Assembly (NCBI RefSeq): GCF_963921235.1
Contig: NC_086118.1
Coordinates: 27,468,001-27,532,000 of the forward strand
Direction: 5' to 3'
From: Mobula hypostoma
Lineage: Eukaryota
DNA: 64,000 nucleotides
Positions 1-12,958 of this stretch are shown in pieces. Numbering within the stretch: position 1 is the first letter of the stretch; each line of letters begins with the position of its first letter. Both the position numbers and the translations under genes were made by a program. The notes beneath the pieces were generated by a model. It saw only the letters and a program-made list of their open reading frames with translations. It searched no databases and was not told the origin of the DNA.

Positions 1-189
1 TCCACCACAATTGAACAAATTGCTGACCTGCAGTTATTCAATTTGTAATATTCAGAAGTGTCTTATGATCATAAAGAAATTGTAAATGATGAACAGTTAC
101 ACTCTTGTTTGGACCCAGAGAAGCTGCTGCAACCAAGTGTGCTGCCATCTTATCGGGAGACTTATTCTGTGATATAATTAGACAAAACT

Positions 190-3060
190 CATAAAAGCAG
201 AATTAGGCAATTTGGCTCATTGATTCTGCTCTGCTATTTGACAATGGTTGATTTATTTTCCCCTCTCAACTGCATTCTCCTGTCCTTGCCACGTAAACTT
301 TGACACCTTTTGACATTTGACATCCAGATCATTAGCACATTAACATGAAAAGTAGATGACTCAAAACTGACCCCTGCAAAACACCACCGGTCACTGGCAG
401 CCAACGAAAAAGATCCTCTTTATTCCCACTCTTTGCCTTCAGCCAAACAGCCAATCTTCTATCCATGCCGATACCATTCCTGTGATACCTTGGGCTTTCA
501 TTTTGTTTAGCAATCTGATATGTGCACCTTGACAAAACTTTCTGAAAATCCATGTAAACAACATCCACATCCAGACAGGATCTCATTTGTCTAACCTGCT
601 GACTGGCAGGAGGCGAAGAATGGGAACAAAGAGGTCCTTTTCTGGTTGGCTGCTGGTGCCTAGGGGTGTTCTGCTGCTTTTTCAAAGAATACCAATAGGT
701 TTGTCAAGGAAGATCTCTCCTTAAGGAAACCATGTAAATTTAGCCTAATTTATCCATGTGCTTCCAAGTATCCGAAAACTTCATTCTAAATAAATCTTAC
801 TAAGCAATGAAGTTGAGCTAAATACTTATGATTTCCTGTCTTCTGCCTCCCTCCTTTCTTAAAAAGTGGAATGGCATTTGTAAGTTTCCATTCCTGACTC
901 TAGTGATTCTTGAAAGATCATTACTAATGCCTCCACAATCTCTTCAGAATGTCTTTCAGAACACTTGGGTATAGCCCATTTGGTCGTGGTGGTTTCAGAT
1001 CTTTCAGCTTCCCAAGCACTGCATTCCTTAGTAATATTGATTACATTCACTTCTCCCCACAGGCACCCTCGAATTTCTAGTACTGTTGCTGATTGAAAGT
1101 TCAAAGTACATTTATTATCGAAGTATGTATATTGTATAGAACCCTGAGATCTATCACCTTATAGGCAGCCAGAAAACAAAGAAACCCAATAGAACCTATT
1201 AATACAGAATGCTGTCAAACCCACAATGTGCAGAGAAAAAGAAACAAATTGTGAAAACACTAAAAGTAAGCAAACTACATTCAGAACTGAAGTTCATGGA
1301 AGGATCCACAGCCATGAAGTCAGCCGTTCCAAAAGCGCATTAACGCCGACTACAGCCTCAGCTCGGTGCAGAGATGAGTAAACCTCGTGAGCAGTGAGCT
1401 GAGCACCAACCCGTCAATCTCCTCTAGCACCGACACCCTGATCTTTTCAATCTGACCCAGCTCTTAAATCCGCCGAACAGCGGGTTGTCCCTTGCTCTCA
1501 GACCTGATCCCTGCCACTTTGACATGCTCTCAAGCCCAGGATTAGCCACCTCGATTCAACCCAAATCCAACCATTTGAATCTGGTCTGGTGCTTAAATTG
1601 GTCAAACATCAGCTTGTGCCTTACTTCTGAGCCTGGCCCTTGTTCCCTCAACTTAACCTGGCCTCAGTTCTTTCGCTTCAAATTGGCTCTAAGTCTCTTC
1701 CAGCAATGGCCACACATTGGCTTGTTCCTTGCTCTCTAGCCTGGGTCCTACCGATTTGACTCAGCCCATATATGCTTCCCTGTAACCTTCCTGCACCTTT
1801 GAGAATTTAGTTCACACCACAAAAATGCCAGGTCATACAGGAGGTTTAAAAAAACATATCCAAAAGGGAAGTTACAAGCTATTGATTGAAGTGAGCATTT
1901 ACTAGAAAAAGTGTGATTAATAGAGTAGTTAGTAGCTTCGTTTGCTGCCAGCGAGTCATCTCTGTGTTTCACTGCCATCTTAAACCGGATATTTTCTACT
2001 GTGAAGACTGATGGAAAATACTTATTCAGTTCATCAATCTGTTCTTTGTTCTGTTTTACTACCTATTGAGTGTCATTTTCCTGCAGTTCGCTGTCCACTC
2101 TTATCTCTTTTTTACTCTTTATTTTATCTGAAGCAAGTTTCATGACACACTTCAGTGATAATAAACCCAAATCTAATTCTGAAAAAAAATGTTATTGTTG
2201 CTTGTATCATTGACCTTCATATTTCATCTTTTTCCCTTTATTACTTTTTCCCATTGTTTTCTGTTGGCTTTTAAAAGTTTCCTAATCATCTAGCTTCTCA
2301 CTATTTCTTGCTATATTTTATGCCACATTTTGCTTTTATTCTCTCCTTTGGCTTATATTATCAGCCACTGTTGCCTTATCCTCCCTATAGAATGTTTCTT
2401 CATATTATTATTCCAAAGTATTCCTTTACCTTAAAGTTCCTAATCAAATTTTGTTCATTGCACAACATTAAATGCAGAATTGCTTTTTTCTCTAGTGGGG
2501 TTGACTACAAGCTGCTCCAAAAAGCCATCTAATAGGTGTTCTACAAATTTCTTCTCTTGGGGTCCAGCGCCAAACTGATTTTCCTAGTCTACTTGCATAT
2601 TGAGTCCCCAATAACTATCATAACATTGCCTTTCTTACAAGCCATTCTAGCTCCTGTTGTAATTAGTACCTCACATTCTGGCTACTATTTGGAGGCCTGT
2701 ACATTTTACCCTCCTTTTACCCTTGCAGTTTCTTAACTCTACCCACATGTTGTCAACATTTTCTGTACCTATATCACTTCTTGCTAAGGATTTGATATAT
2801 ATTTTTTTAATCATCAGTTCCACCCCACTCCCTCTGCCTGTCCTTTTGAAAGAATATGTATCCTTGGACATTTTGGTCCTATTCGTGATCTTCTTTCAAC
2901 CACGACACTATGATGCCCACAAAGTCATTCCTAATTGCCCTATAAGCTCATTTACTTTGTTTTCTATACCACATATATTCAAATACAGCACATCGTCCTG
3001 TATTCACACCCCCTCCCCTTCTTCAATGTGTCTCTGTGCTATCCATTTCTATAGGTTTCC
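190..3060 (-). mobile_element. Old, fragmented CR1 LINE (ORF2 relic), interrupted by a ~900 bp insertion
   Basis: Minus-strand translations give CR1 RT motifs 'VDVVYMDFQK', 'WLPVTGGVLQGSVL' and 'EEIVEALVMIFQESLESG', plus APE-like 'VDNMWVELRNCKG'. Many stops and frameshifts. Confidence 0.85.
1095..1990 (-). mobile_element. Non-autonomous LINE-derived element (probably Rex1/Babar-associated)
   Basis: Minus-strand 5' end carries an AAGATGGC motif (~1973-1981). 3' end has AATAAA plus a (TTTGAAC)-type tail at ~1095-1115, like the Rex1 tails elsewhere in the window. No ORF. Confidence 0.55.
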
Positions 3061-3309
3061 TTTATTTTGGAGAATTCAGTAACCCCTTCTATGCTCGTCT
3101 TCTCTTCAACTGCATCCATACTCTTCAATCCGTTGAACCCAGCACTGTACACATCATAAAAATTACATGAAATGTCACTTAAATACATTGTAATATTTAA
3201 ACAACAATGTGACCCATTTTTTTGCCAAAATCATACTGGACCAATATACAAGATTTCCTGGAAGATTATACCTGCTGATTTATTTCAAATTTACTTTGTC
3301 TATTTGAAC

Positions 3310-3685
3310 ATCATTAAAGACCCCTCACACCCTCTCCATGAACTGTCTGTTCTTCTGCCATCAGGCAAACATTACAGGAGCATCAAAACTAAAACCATAA
3401 GGCTACTAAACAGCTTCCTCCCACAGGCAGTCAGACTGCTAAATAGCTGCTCTACCTGACTCTGCTTTGGACACTTTTAACTTGCACTGGACACTTATAA
3501 CTTAATTTTAACTTGATATGTGGCTGTTGTGTTTTATTATTTATTGTTATGTTTATTATTTAGTGTTGTGTTTATTATGTTATGATTGCACTGCTCCTGG
3601 GAAACGCTGTCTCATTCTGCCCTGCAGAGCTGATGTACGGTTAGAATGACAATAAAGTTTTTTGAATCTTGAATCTTGAATCTTG
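3310..3685 (+). mobile_element. Rex1/Babar LINE 3' fragment
   Basis: 'IIKDPSHPLHELSVLLPSGKHYRSIKTKTIRLLNSFLPQAVRLLN' is the typical Rex1 ORF C-terminus, followed by AATAAA and a (TCTTGAA)n tail. Confidence 0.85.
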
Positions 3686-3869
3686 TATGGTACCAGTATG
3701 ATATATTCACCTTAAATTTGAAATTAAAATGAAAACATAAAATTTTGATACATCGTGGAAGAAAGCAATTTTACCGATACAGTCTCTGCTCACTCTAAGA
3801 TGATCTCCCATTGATTTCACTATAGCCTATTCTTTCTCACATGGCTTTCAATTGATCCCTTGTTGCCCA

Positions 3870-4057
3870 GATACACTATATGCAAGTTAGAGTAGTCAGT
3901 TAAACTACCAGTACTTCCTTGGGATGTGGAGGAAGCAAGAAATTCAAACATTCAGAGGGTGAATGCAAAAGCTCCACATAGACAGTGTGCAGAGAGGAAT
4001 GAATCTGGATTACTGGAGTTAAATGGTTTCTATTCTAATTGCTATACTACAGTGCCA
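3870..4057 (-). mobile_element. Decayed tRNA-derived SINE (V-SINE-like)
   Basis: Minus strand begins with an A-box-like GGCACTGTAGTATAGC, then 'CTGTCTATGTGGAGCTTTTGCATTCACCC', resembling a V-domain. Heavily diverged. Confidence 0.45.
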
Positions 4058-4589
4058 GCACTAGTATTTTAGGGTTTAGATTGCCTTAGGCTTTGATAAT
4101 CAAGGATCAAGGATCAACTTTATTTTCCAGATGCATTTACTGTACATATATTTAATATTTTCTGTTGTTTGTCGGTCAGTATGCAACATGCAACAAAAAA
4201 TGTTCAATAGTTATAAAGAATACCGAAGTGTATTAAAATACAGTTAGAGGTTGTAAAAAGAGTTTAGAGCACTACAAAAGTATTAATGTGTTTAATGTGG
4301 TCATTCCCCCACGTTCTGACAACTGACAGACTTATTCATGAAGAGCTTATGAAATTAAAAAGGTGAGGAATTAGGACATTTTAAATCTAAATTAGATGAT
4401 TTTGAAAGACCTGCATTAAAAGAAGGAAGATGCATTTGAGCAAGGAACTGTATTAAAGAACAACATTAAAAACCTAACAGCTCATCAAGAAGTGAGGCAT
4501 CTTAAGATTCAGATTCAGACTTATTTATCACATGTACACAGAAACAGACAGTGAAATGCATTGTTTGTATTAACAGCTAACACACCCAA

Positions 4590-5263
4590 AGGTGGCGTCA
4601 CAGGTAGATAGGGTCGTAAAGAGAGCTTTTGGTACATTGGCCTTTATTAATCAAAGTATTGAGTATAAGAGCTGGAATGTTATGATGAGGTTGTATAAGG
4701 CATTGGTGAGGCCGAATCTGGAGTATTGTGTTCAGTTTTGCTCACCAAATTACAGGAAGGATATAAATAAGGTTGAAAGAGTGCAGAGAAGATTTACAAG
4801 GATGTTGCCGGGACTTGAGAAACTCAGTTACAGAGAAAGGTTGAATAGGTTGGGACTTTATTCCCTGGAGCATAGAAGAATGAGGGGAGATTTGATAGAG
4901 GTATATAAAATTATGATAGGTATAGATAGAGTGAATGCAAGCAGGCTTTTTCCACTGAGGCAAGGGGAGAAAAAAAACAGAGGACATGGGTTTAGGGTGA
5001 GGGGGGAAAAGTTTAAAGGGAACATTAGTGGGGGGCTTCTTCACACAGAGAGTGGTGGGAGTATGGAATGAGCTGCCAGACGAGGTGGTAAATGCGGGTT
5101 CTTTTTTAACATTTAAGAGTAAATTGGACAGATACATGGATGGGAGGTGTATGGAGGAATATGGTCTGTATGCAGGTCAGTGGGACTAGGCAGAAAATGG
5201 TTCGGCACAGCCAAGAAGGGCCAAAAGGCCTGTTTCTGTCCTGTAGTTTTTATTGTTTCTATA
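4590..5263 (+). mobile_element. 5'-truncated CR1 LINE (3' end)
   Basis: 'LYKALVRPNLEYCVQF..P' and 'RRMRGDLIEVYKI', then a CR1 3' UTR hairpin and TTCTAT-type tail. Confidence 0.92.
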
Positions 5264-7292
5264 GTATGATGGGGACTGCCTGCCAGTGTTGCCGCAGACT
5301 CCGGTACCAACATGACATGCACACAATGCTCAGCAGAACAGCACAGAGCACAACGACAGCAAAACAGCAGCAGCAAAATAAGACCCTTTCCTCCTTCCCG
5401 CCCTTCCTCCAACCCACTCATATGCACAGACAGGCCTCCAGGTTCCAGGCTTCAGCAATCAGGCTTTGACTAACCGACTTCCAGTTGACCATCATGCTCA
5501 GATCTTCAGTATTGACCCTCAGACAGCCAATGATGGGACCCCGAACTCCAGGCTCAAATTCCAGGATTGTTGACTGACTGGCTTTCATGCCTTCCCATGC
5601 CTCCTGCTCCCATGTACATCCAAACGCAGAACCCTCTGGATAGGGACAGCTCGGCATCTATGAATATCCTTCGTCACCCATTAACATTGTTGGTCTTCAG
5701 GCACAGAGCAGAGGTCTAGTCTCCAGATGTTCTTGTTACCCATCCACACCACTGGGCTTGGCTGAGTGGAAACCTGTCCTCTAACTCTTCCACGTCCCTC
5801 TCCCTAAACCATAACCTGACTCATAACTCCCAAACTCTGTCCTCAAAGCCACTTCTTTAAATGGTGCGAGGATTTCAATAATTCTTGGGAACGGAAGCTA
5901 AAATTACTTGGGTTACTGCTCCTATTACAACTTCGATAGAGTGCCCATATCCAAAAGTTCAAACTTCAAATTAAATTTATTATCGATGTACATAGAGGTC
6001 ACCATACACTACCTGAGATTAATTTTCTCACAGGAATTCATGTTAGATAAAAAGAAAAACAATAGAATTAATTAAAAACTACACAGAAACAAAAATGGAC
6101 AAACAACCAATGTGCAAAAGATGACAAATTGGGCAAATAAAAAGGGAAAACAAAATAATAACAATAATAACAAATAAGCAAATGATAAAGAACAATGGGA
6201 ACATGAGTTGTAGAGTCCTTGAAAGTGAGTCCATAGGTTGTGGAATAATTTCAGGATAGGGGTGAGTGAAGTTATCCATGCTGGTTCAGAAACCTGATGG
6301 TTGAGGGGTAGTAACTGTTCCTGAATCTGGTGGTGTGGGATCTAAGGCCCCTGTACATTCTTCCTGATGACAGCAGCAAGAGGAGAGCATGGCTTTGATG
6401 TTGGGGGTCCCTGATGATGGGTGCTGCTCTCCTGTGACAGTACTCCTTGTAGATGTGCTCAATGGTGGGGAAAACTTTACCTGTGATGGACTAGGCCAAA
6501 CTCCTCTACTTATTTGTAGGCTGTTCTATTCAAGAGCATTGGTGTTTCCATACCAGGCCGTGATGCAACCAGTCCGCATCTATAGAAGTTTGTCAAAATT
6601 TTTGATTACATGCCATATCATTGCAATCTTCTAAAGAAACAGAAGCGGTTCTGTGTCTTCTTTGTAATGGCACTTACATGTTGGACTGAGGACAGATCCT
6701 CTGACGTGATAACGCCAAGGAATTTGAGGTTACTGGTCCTCTTCACTTCTGATCCCCTGATGAGGACTGGCCCCTGGACGTCCAGTTTCCTCCTCCTGTT
6801 GTCAAAAATCAGTTCTTTGTTTTTGCTGACATTGAGTGAGAGTTTGTTGTTGTGGTTGTTGTTTTCAGTCTCCCACTGATACGCTGATTCATCATCGCCT
6901 TTGATTCGGCCAGCAAAAGTGGTGTCGTCCGCCTGTCGTCAGGCTTTGAAGTTGTACTTAGCCTCACAGTCACAAATATAAAGCAAGGAGAGCAGGATCT
7001 TAAGCACATTCTCGTGGTACACCTCTACTGATTGTGACTGGAGAGCAGATGCTGTTGCCAAGCCAGTCTGAGGAAATCAGGGATCCAGTTGCACAAGGAG
7101 GTACTGAGGCCCTGGTCTTGGAACTTACTGATGAGTTTTGAGGGGATGATAGTTTTGAATGCAGAGCTGCAGTCACTGAAGAGCATCCCGATGTATGCAT
7201 CTTCACTGTCCAGATGCTCTAGGGCTGAGTGCAGAGCTAATAATCTGCTGATGACCTGTTGTGATGGTAGGCAAACTGGACTGGATCCAAGT

Positions 7293-7399
7293 AACACACA
7301 CAATATGCCGGAGGAGCTCAGCAGACCAGGCAGCATCTACAAAAAGAGTACAGTCAACATTTCGGGCTGAGACTCTTCAGCAAGACTGGAGAAAAAAAT
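7293..7399 (-). mobile_element. 107-bp Penelope pLTR fragment with degenerate hammerhead motif
   Basis: Flanked by 9-bp direct repeat GATCCAAGT (7284-7292, 7400-7408). Homologous to the pLTR at 21200-21310. Confidence 0.8.
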
Positions 7400-7834
7400 G
7401 ATCCAAGTCACTCCTCAAGCAGTGACCAACCTCTCAAAGCACTTCATCATCATGGATATAAGTGCTCTTCAAACAATAGTCTTTGAGGCAGGTTACTGCA
7501 TTCTTTCTGGGCACTGTATGATTGAAGCCTACTTGAAGTAAATGGGTACCTTAGACTGCTAAAGCGAGATGTTAAAGATTTTAATATTCACTCCTTTCAG
7601 ATGATTAGCACAGGTCTTCATTATTCAGCTAGGTGCACTGTCTGGGCTAGATACTTTCTGTGGTTCACCCTCCTGAAAGATGCTCTCACATTGGTTTAGA
7701 GACTGAAATCACAGGATCATCAGAGGTTGTGGGAATTTATGAAAGTGCCTCTGTCTTCCGCTGGTCAAAGTGAGCATACATGGCTTTCTCATCTGGGACA
7801 AAATCCTTGTTGTCATACATGCCATCTGGTTTTA

Positions 7835-8595
7835 TCAAGCAGTGGTGAATTGAGGCAACTGGACTTGCTGTGATATCTCGAAGAAATTTCAACACTCATC
7901 CGAGAGACATCTTCAGTTCTGATCCATGGTGGGTAATTTTCTGGCTAATAAGCGCTGTGAGTTGTTTAAAGGTGTAGCAATCACATGAAGGTCATTAAGA
8001 GTCATAGAGGTAATGAAAGGGTCATTAGTCTGATCTTTGCATAAATGGAGATATGAACTGTTGTGAAGGTGCCGAGGTAGAGATGCTAGGATTGCACTGT
8101 AAGTAGCTAATAGGTAGTATGGTACCCCACCCCCTCTGTTCAAAGATAGGTTTTCCAGTTTGACAAAGATGGCTTCTTTAAGCCCTCTTTCAAACCAGCT
8201 GCCCTCCCTGTCCAAAATATATGCATTGTTATCATCAAAGGAGTGTCTCTTGTCTTTTAGGTGTAGATATACAGCCAAGTCTTGACCTGAGGTGTTAGCC
8301 CTCCTATGTTGGGCCATCCGTTTGTGAAGTGGTTGTTTTGTTTCACTGAAATACAATTGGTGCAGTTCTCATTGCATTGGATAGCATCTACAATATTGCT
8401 CTGTTTATGTTTGAGTGTAGGATCCTTATACAGATTTCCCAAGATCCACAAGCAAGAAGTTCCTCTAAGGCCAATTGTAAAAAGTATTAAATCAGCTACT
8501 TACAACATTGCAAAATACCATTGTAACACCATTCTCACCTCCTTGGTCAGCAACACTCCACACCACATCGAAAATGCTAAGGACCTTGTCCAAAA
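7835..8595 (-). mobile_element. Penelope-like retroelement relic: GIY-YIG endonuclease (minus) plus inverted RT segment (plus, ~8425-8595)
   Basis: Minus: 'NIVDAIQCNENC', 'ETKQPLHKRMAQHRR', 'ILDREGSWFERGLKEAIFVK..SLNRGGG'. Plus: 'LYRFPKIHKQEVPLRPIV', the PLE RT N-terminal motif. Confidence 0.85.
7880..7919 (-). ncRNA. Degenerate minimal hammerhead ribozyme motif in Penelope pLTR
   Basis: Minus: GAA-CTGAAGA-TGTCTCTCGGATGAGTGTT-GAAA-TTTC-TTC. CUGANGA and GAAA boxes are present; stems II and III are mutated. Confidence 0.6.
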
Positions 8596-9984
8596 TTTCG
8601 GCATCATCACCGATCTAGCCTTCAGCAGATTGTGGATTCCTTGGATCCTCAAGGGCTTCTGGCTGGGGAAAATACTGGATGATTTTGTGGGGACGGACTC
8701 AATCATGAGTGTCTTTACAAAGTCCATGAAAACCATGCCATATTCATTTAGGTCGCTGAATGGCCCAGTCCACCAACTCAAAACAGTCCCATAGCTGCTC
8801 CTCTGCACCCCTGCAGCCACTTCTTTGTTGTTCTTACCTCTGTTGCCTTGTTCTTTGGCCTCTACCTGTATGAAAGTAGGAGGAGGACAGCCATATGATC
8901 ATATTTCCCAACATACAGTCTAGGGATGGAACGGTAGGCATTCCTAATCATAGGGCACGTTGGGACCCCTGGCGCTACAGGTCATATGTTGATGAAAATT
9001 GGGCACAGATTTCATCAAGCAAGCCTGATGCTTGACATGACCTTAACCAGTTCAGGATTGTCTGTAATATCTGCCATGATACTTATTTTCAAATTGTAGA
9101 GGAAACAAGTAGGAAGCAAGCACTGGAAAGATGGCAGGCTGCAGTTGGAAACAGCACTGTGAAGTATACAAACATATAAATAATGAAGGATGAACAAAAT
9201 CCATTCAACTATTAAAAGTTACTGTACACTAACTCTCTTGTCTGGTATTAAATTGTGCATTGAATAACTCATTTTGTCTGCATTTAATGTGGCTATTAAA
9301 TTATTTTCAATTATTTATAACTCTCAGGATATTTTGAAAGCATTTGACTATTGAGAGTCTTGTATCGATGCTCCATTAAATAGATGTAACTTGTAATAAA
9401 TTCATGTAGATTAATTGGGATTAATAATGGAATTGTCATTCAGAATATTCATAAGGGACTTAAACAGATGGAATGTTTCCACAGCTACTCACGGAAATGA
9501 GCATCGTGGCTTCTGTGAATGGGAGTTTTGTAGCTCAATGAGTGTGGAGGTGACACCATTTGATTGAAAAGTTGTCCAGGTTCTTTTTTTTCAGAATGAT
9601 CACTAATGTATTCTCTTGAATTATTATCACCTACATGGAGAATCATTTGAATTTTAAAATAAAGGAAGCAAATTCAGTTAACAAGTCAAGACCCTAACTA
9701 TAAGGCCATATCAAAATGAAATTTCTTGGTAGATGTCATTAATGTTCACTTTCACAAAGCAGTGTGATTACAATCCCAGAGGGTAACACACTTTCATCAG
9801 GGCCAATGACAATGCATGTTTTGCCTACAGATTAGTGTTTATGCAGAACAAACTGTATTCAGAAGCAGTTTAGAACATGTTGATTGAAGTTTAAATAGAA
9901 TGAATACTTACTTTGTAATTGAATTTCAGAAGTAGGGTGATGGGAGGAGTCAAAAAGATTGCTTGTTAAAATGGGCATGGATTA

Positions 9985-10395
9985 CAGGGTCTGTACATGT
10001 ATTCACTAGAATTCAGATGAATGAGGGGTGACCTCATTGAAATAGTGAAAGGCCTTGACAGAGTGGATGTGGAGAGGAAGTGTCCTATAGTGGGAGAGTC
10101 TAAGACCAGAGGACACAGCCTTAGAATAGAGGGACATCTTTTTAGAATGGAGATGAGGAGGAATTTCTTTAGCCAGAGAGTGGTGAATCTATGGAATTCT
10201 TTGGCACAGGCAGCTGCGGAGGCCAAATCTTTATGTGTATTTAAGGCAGAAATTGATAGATTCTTGAAAGGTCAGGGCATGAAGGGATACAGGGAGGAGG
10301 CAGGAGATTGAGGCTGAGAGGAAAGTTGGATGAAATGGTAGAGCAGACACAATGGGCCAAATGCTCTGTTTCTGCTTCAATATCTTATGGTCTTA
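9985..10395 (+). mobile_element. CR1 3' fragment
   Basis: 'MRGDLIEIVKGLDRVD..RGHSLRI..RNFFSQRVVNLWNSL' and a TGGTCTTA-type tail. Confidence 0.9.
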
Positions 10396-10629
10396 TTGTG
10401 ATGCTTGATAACCCGATCCACACTGATTGCAACAAAAGTAACGGTTCATGCTTCCTGCCCTGATTAATAATTTTGTTTTCCAATGTGTAGTGGATTGACT
10501 GGACACTGTTGCAGGAGGTTTATATTGTGTGTTGCTAACCCCAACAGAAGAGAGACTAGGCAGAAAAACTCCATGGAACAAGACTAAACTCCAGGGGTGA
10601 TCTTTATAGATATCACAATAATATATTCA

Positions 10630-11110
10630 TTTCAAAGTTCAAGTTCAATGTTCAAAGTAAATTATTATCAAAATACATATATATATATCACCATATATTA
10701 CCCTAAGATTAATTTTCTTGCAGGGATTTACAGTAGAACAAAGAAATACAATAGAATCAATGAAAAACTGCACAGAGACAAGGACTGACAAAAAAAACAA
10801 TGTGCAAAAGAAGACAAATTGTGCAAATACAAAAAAGTAAGTAATAATTATAATGAATAAGTAAATAAATAAATAAACAATACTGAGAACATGAGCTGTA
10901 GAGTCCTTTAAATTGAATCCGTTGGTTGTGGATGGTTGTTGAGGTGAGTGAAGTTCTCCACGCTGGTTCAGGAGCCTGATGGTTGATGGATAGCAGCAGT
11001 TCCTTGACCTGGTGATATGGGACCTAAGGCTTCTGTACACCCTTCCCAATAGCAGCAATGAGAAGACAACATGGCCTGGATGGTGGGGGTCATTGCTGAT
11101 GGACACTGCT
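10630..11110 (-). mobile_element. Rex1/Babar 3' fragment
   Basis: 'DPHHPGHVVFSLLLLGRVYRSLRSHITRSRNCCYPSTIRLLN' and a (TTGAAC)n-type tail. Confidence 0.8.
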
Positions 11111-11734
11111 TCATCCATTTCAAGATTATGGTTGTACGAATTGAAAGGATATTGCAATGTCCTTCCCAGAAAGTTCATGACTTTGTTAGAAAGGTTAATA
11201 GGTGAAGGGTTAATTAAATGTTTCCTGACTGAACTGATCAACAGTGGAATTTCATTGTAATTCTCATTCTGGAAGGTATGGGAACCTGCTGTTTCTGTTT
11301 AACACACATCACAATATAATTAAATAAACCTGCGGGTTACAAATCTAATTTATGCTTTGGAATAAAAAACATCATTAGTGAATAGTTGCTACTAAAAATG
11401 CATTAGTTTCTGAAACTGTTCTTTTATTCAAAGAAATAATCGGACTTAAATGGAGCGCAGTAGATGCTAATTTTGCAAACAGAAGATAGAAAAATAACAA
11501 AGGCAGGAATCTCTGCTGTAGAGTTTGAAACATAAAATAAGCAAATAAAAATCCAGAAGCAGGAGAAAGCTGTTCACCCCTCCTCTTGTTCCTGCTTCAT
11601 CTTTTAATACAGTCATGTATTTCACTGGTGCTTTACTGCTTGTATTTGATTCCCTGTTATCCAAAAATCTAACCATCTTTTTTGTTCAAGTACTTATACA
11701 CAGAGCCTCTGTTACTTTTTCAGGTAAAAAAAAA

Positions 11735-12958
11735 TGGACAAGGGAGAGCCAGTGGATGTAATGTACCTGGACTTTCAGAAAGCTTTGATAAGGTCCCACA
11801 TAGGAGATTAGTGGGCAAAATTAGGGCACATGGTATTGGGGGCAGAGTACTGACATGGATTGAAAATTGGCTGACTGACAGAAAACAAAGAGTAGCGATT
11901 AATGGGTCCCTTTCGGAATGGCAGGCGGTGACCAGTGGGGTACCGCAGGGTTCAGTGCTGGGACCGCAGCTGTTTACAATATATATTAATGATTTAGATG
12001 AGGGAATTAAAAGTAACATTAGCAAATTTGCCGATGACACAAAGCTGGGTGGCAGTGTGAAATGTGAGGAGGATGTTATGAGAATGCAGGGTGACTTGGA
12101 CAGGCTGGGTGAGTGGGCAGATGCATGGCAGACACAGTTTAATGGGGATAAATGTGAGGTTATCCACTTTGGTGGTAAGAACGAGAAGGCAGATTATTAT
12201 CTAAATGGGGTCAAGTTAGGAAAAGGGGAAGCACAACGAGATCTAGGTGTTCTTGTACATCAGTCACTGAAAGCAAGCATGCAAGTACAGTAGGCAATGA
12301 AGAAAGCTAATGGCATGCTGGCCTTCATAACAAGGAGAATTGACTATAAGAGCAAAGAGGTCCTTCTGCAGCTGTACAGGGCCCTGGTGAGACCACACCT
12401 GGAGTACTGTGTGAAGGTTTGGTCTCCAAATTTGAGGAAAGACATTCTTGCTATTGAGGGAGTGCAGCGTAGGTTCACAAGGTTAATTCCCGAGATGGCG
12501 GGGCTGTCATATGTCGAAAGATTGGAGCGACTGGGCTTGTATACTCTGGAATTTAGAAGGCTGGGAGGGGATCTTATTGAAACATATAAGATTATTAAGG
12601 GATTGGACACGCTGCAGGCAGAAAGCATGTTCCCGCTGATGGGTGAGTCCGGAACCAAAGGCCACAGTTTAAGAATTAGGGGTAGACCATTTAGAACAGA
12701 GTTGAGGAAAAACTCTTTCACCCAGAGAGTGGTGGATGTATGGAATGCTCTGCCCCAGAAGGCTGTGGAGGCCAAGCCTCTAGATGCTTTCAAAAAAGAG
12801 ATGGATAGAGCTCTTAAAGATAGAGGAATCAAAGGTTATGGGGATAAGGCAGGAACTGGATACTGATTATGGATGATCAGCCATGATCACAATGAATGGT
12901 GGTGCTGGCTCGAAGGGCCGAATGGATACTCCTGCACCTATTGTCTATTGTCTATTGT
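11735..12958 (+). mobile_element. 5'-truncated young CR1 (RT domain to 3' tail)
   Basis: '[30 protein letters not shown]'. One internal stop at 12291-12293. (CTATTGT)3 tail. Confidence 0.95.

Larger units (their letters stand above)
5960..9180 (-). mobile_element. Decayed Rex1/Babar LINE with nested Penelope-type insertions
   Basis: Minus-strand '[35 protein letters not shown]' and '[10 protein letters not shown]' (Rex1 RT), and 'DLNEYGMVFMDFVKT..VPTKSSSIFPSQKP' at 8600-8820. 3' tail near 5960. Confidence 0.85.

Noticed and set aside
9493..9512. Possible minus-strand microexon with gtgagt donor, and a similar one at ~30814-30834 with gtaagt donor
   Set aside because: No protein similarity I can recognise, and splice-like motifs alone are insufficient.
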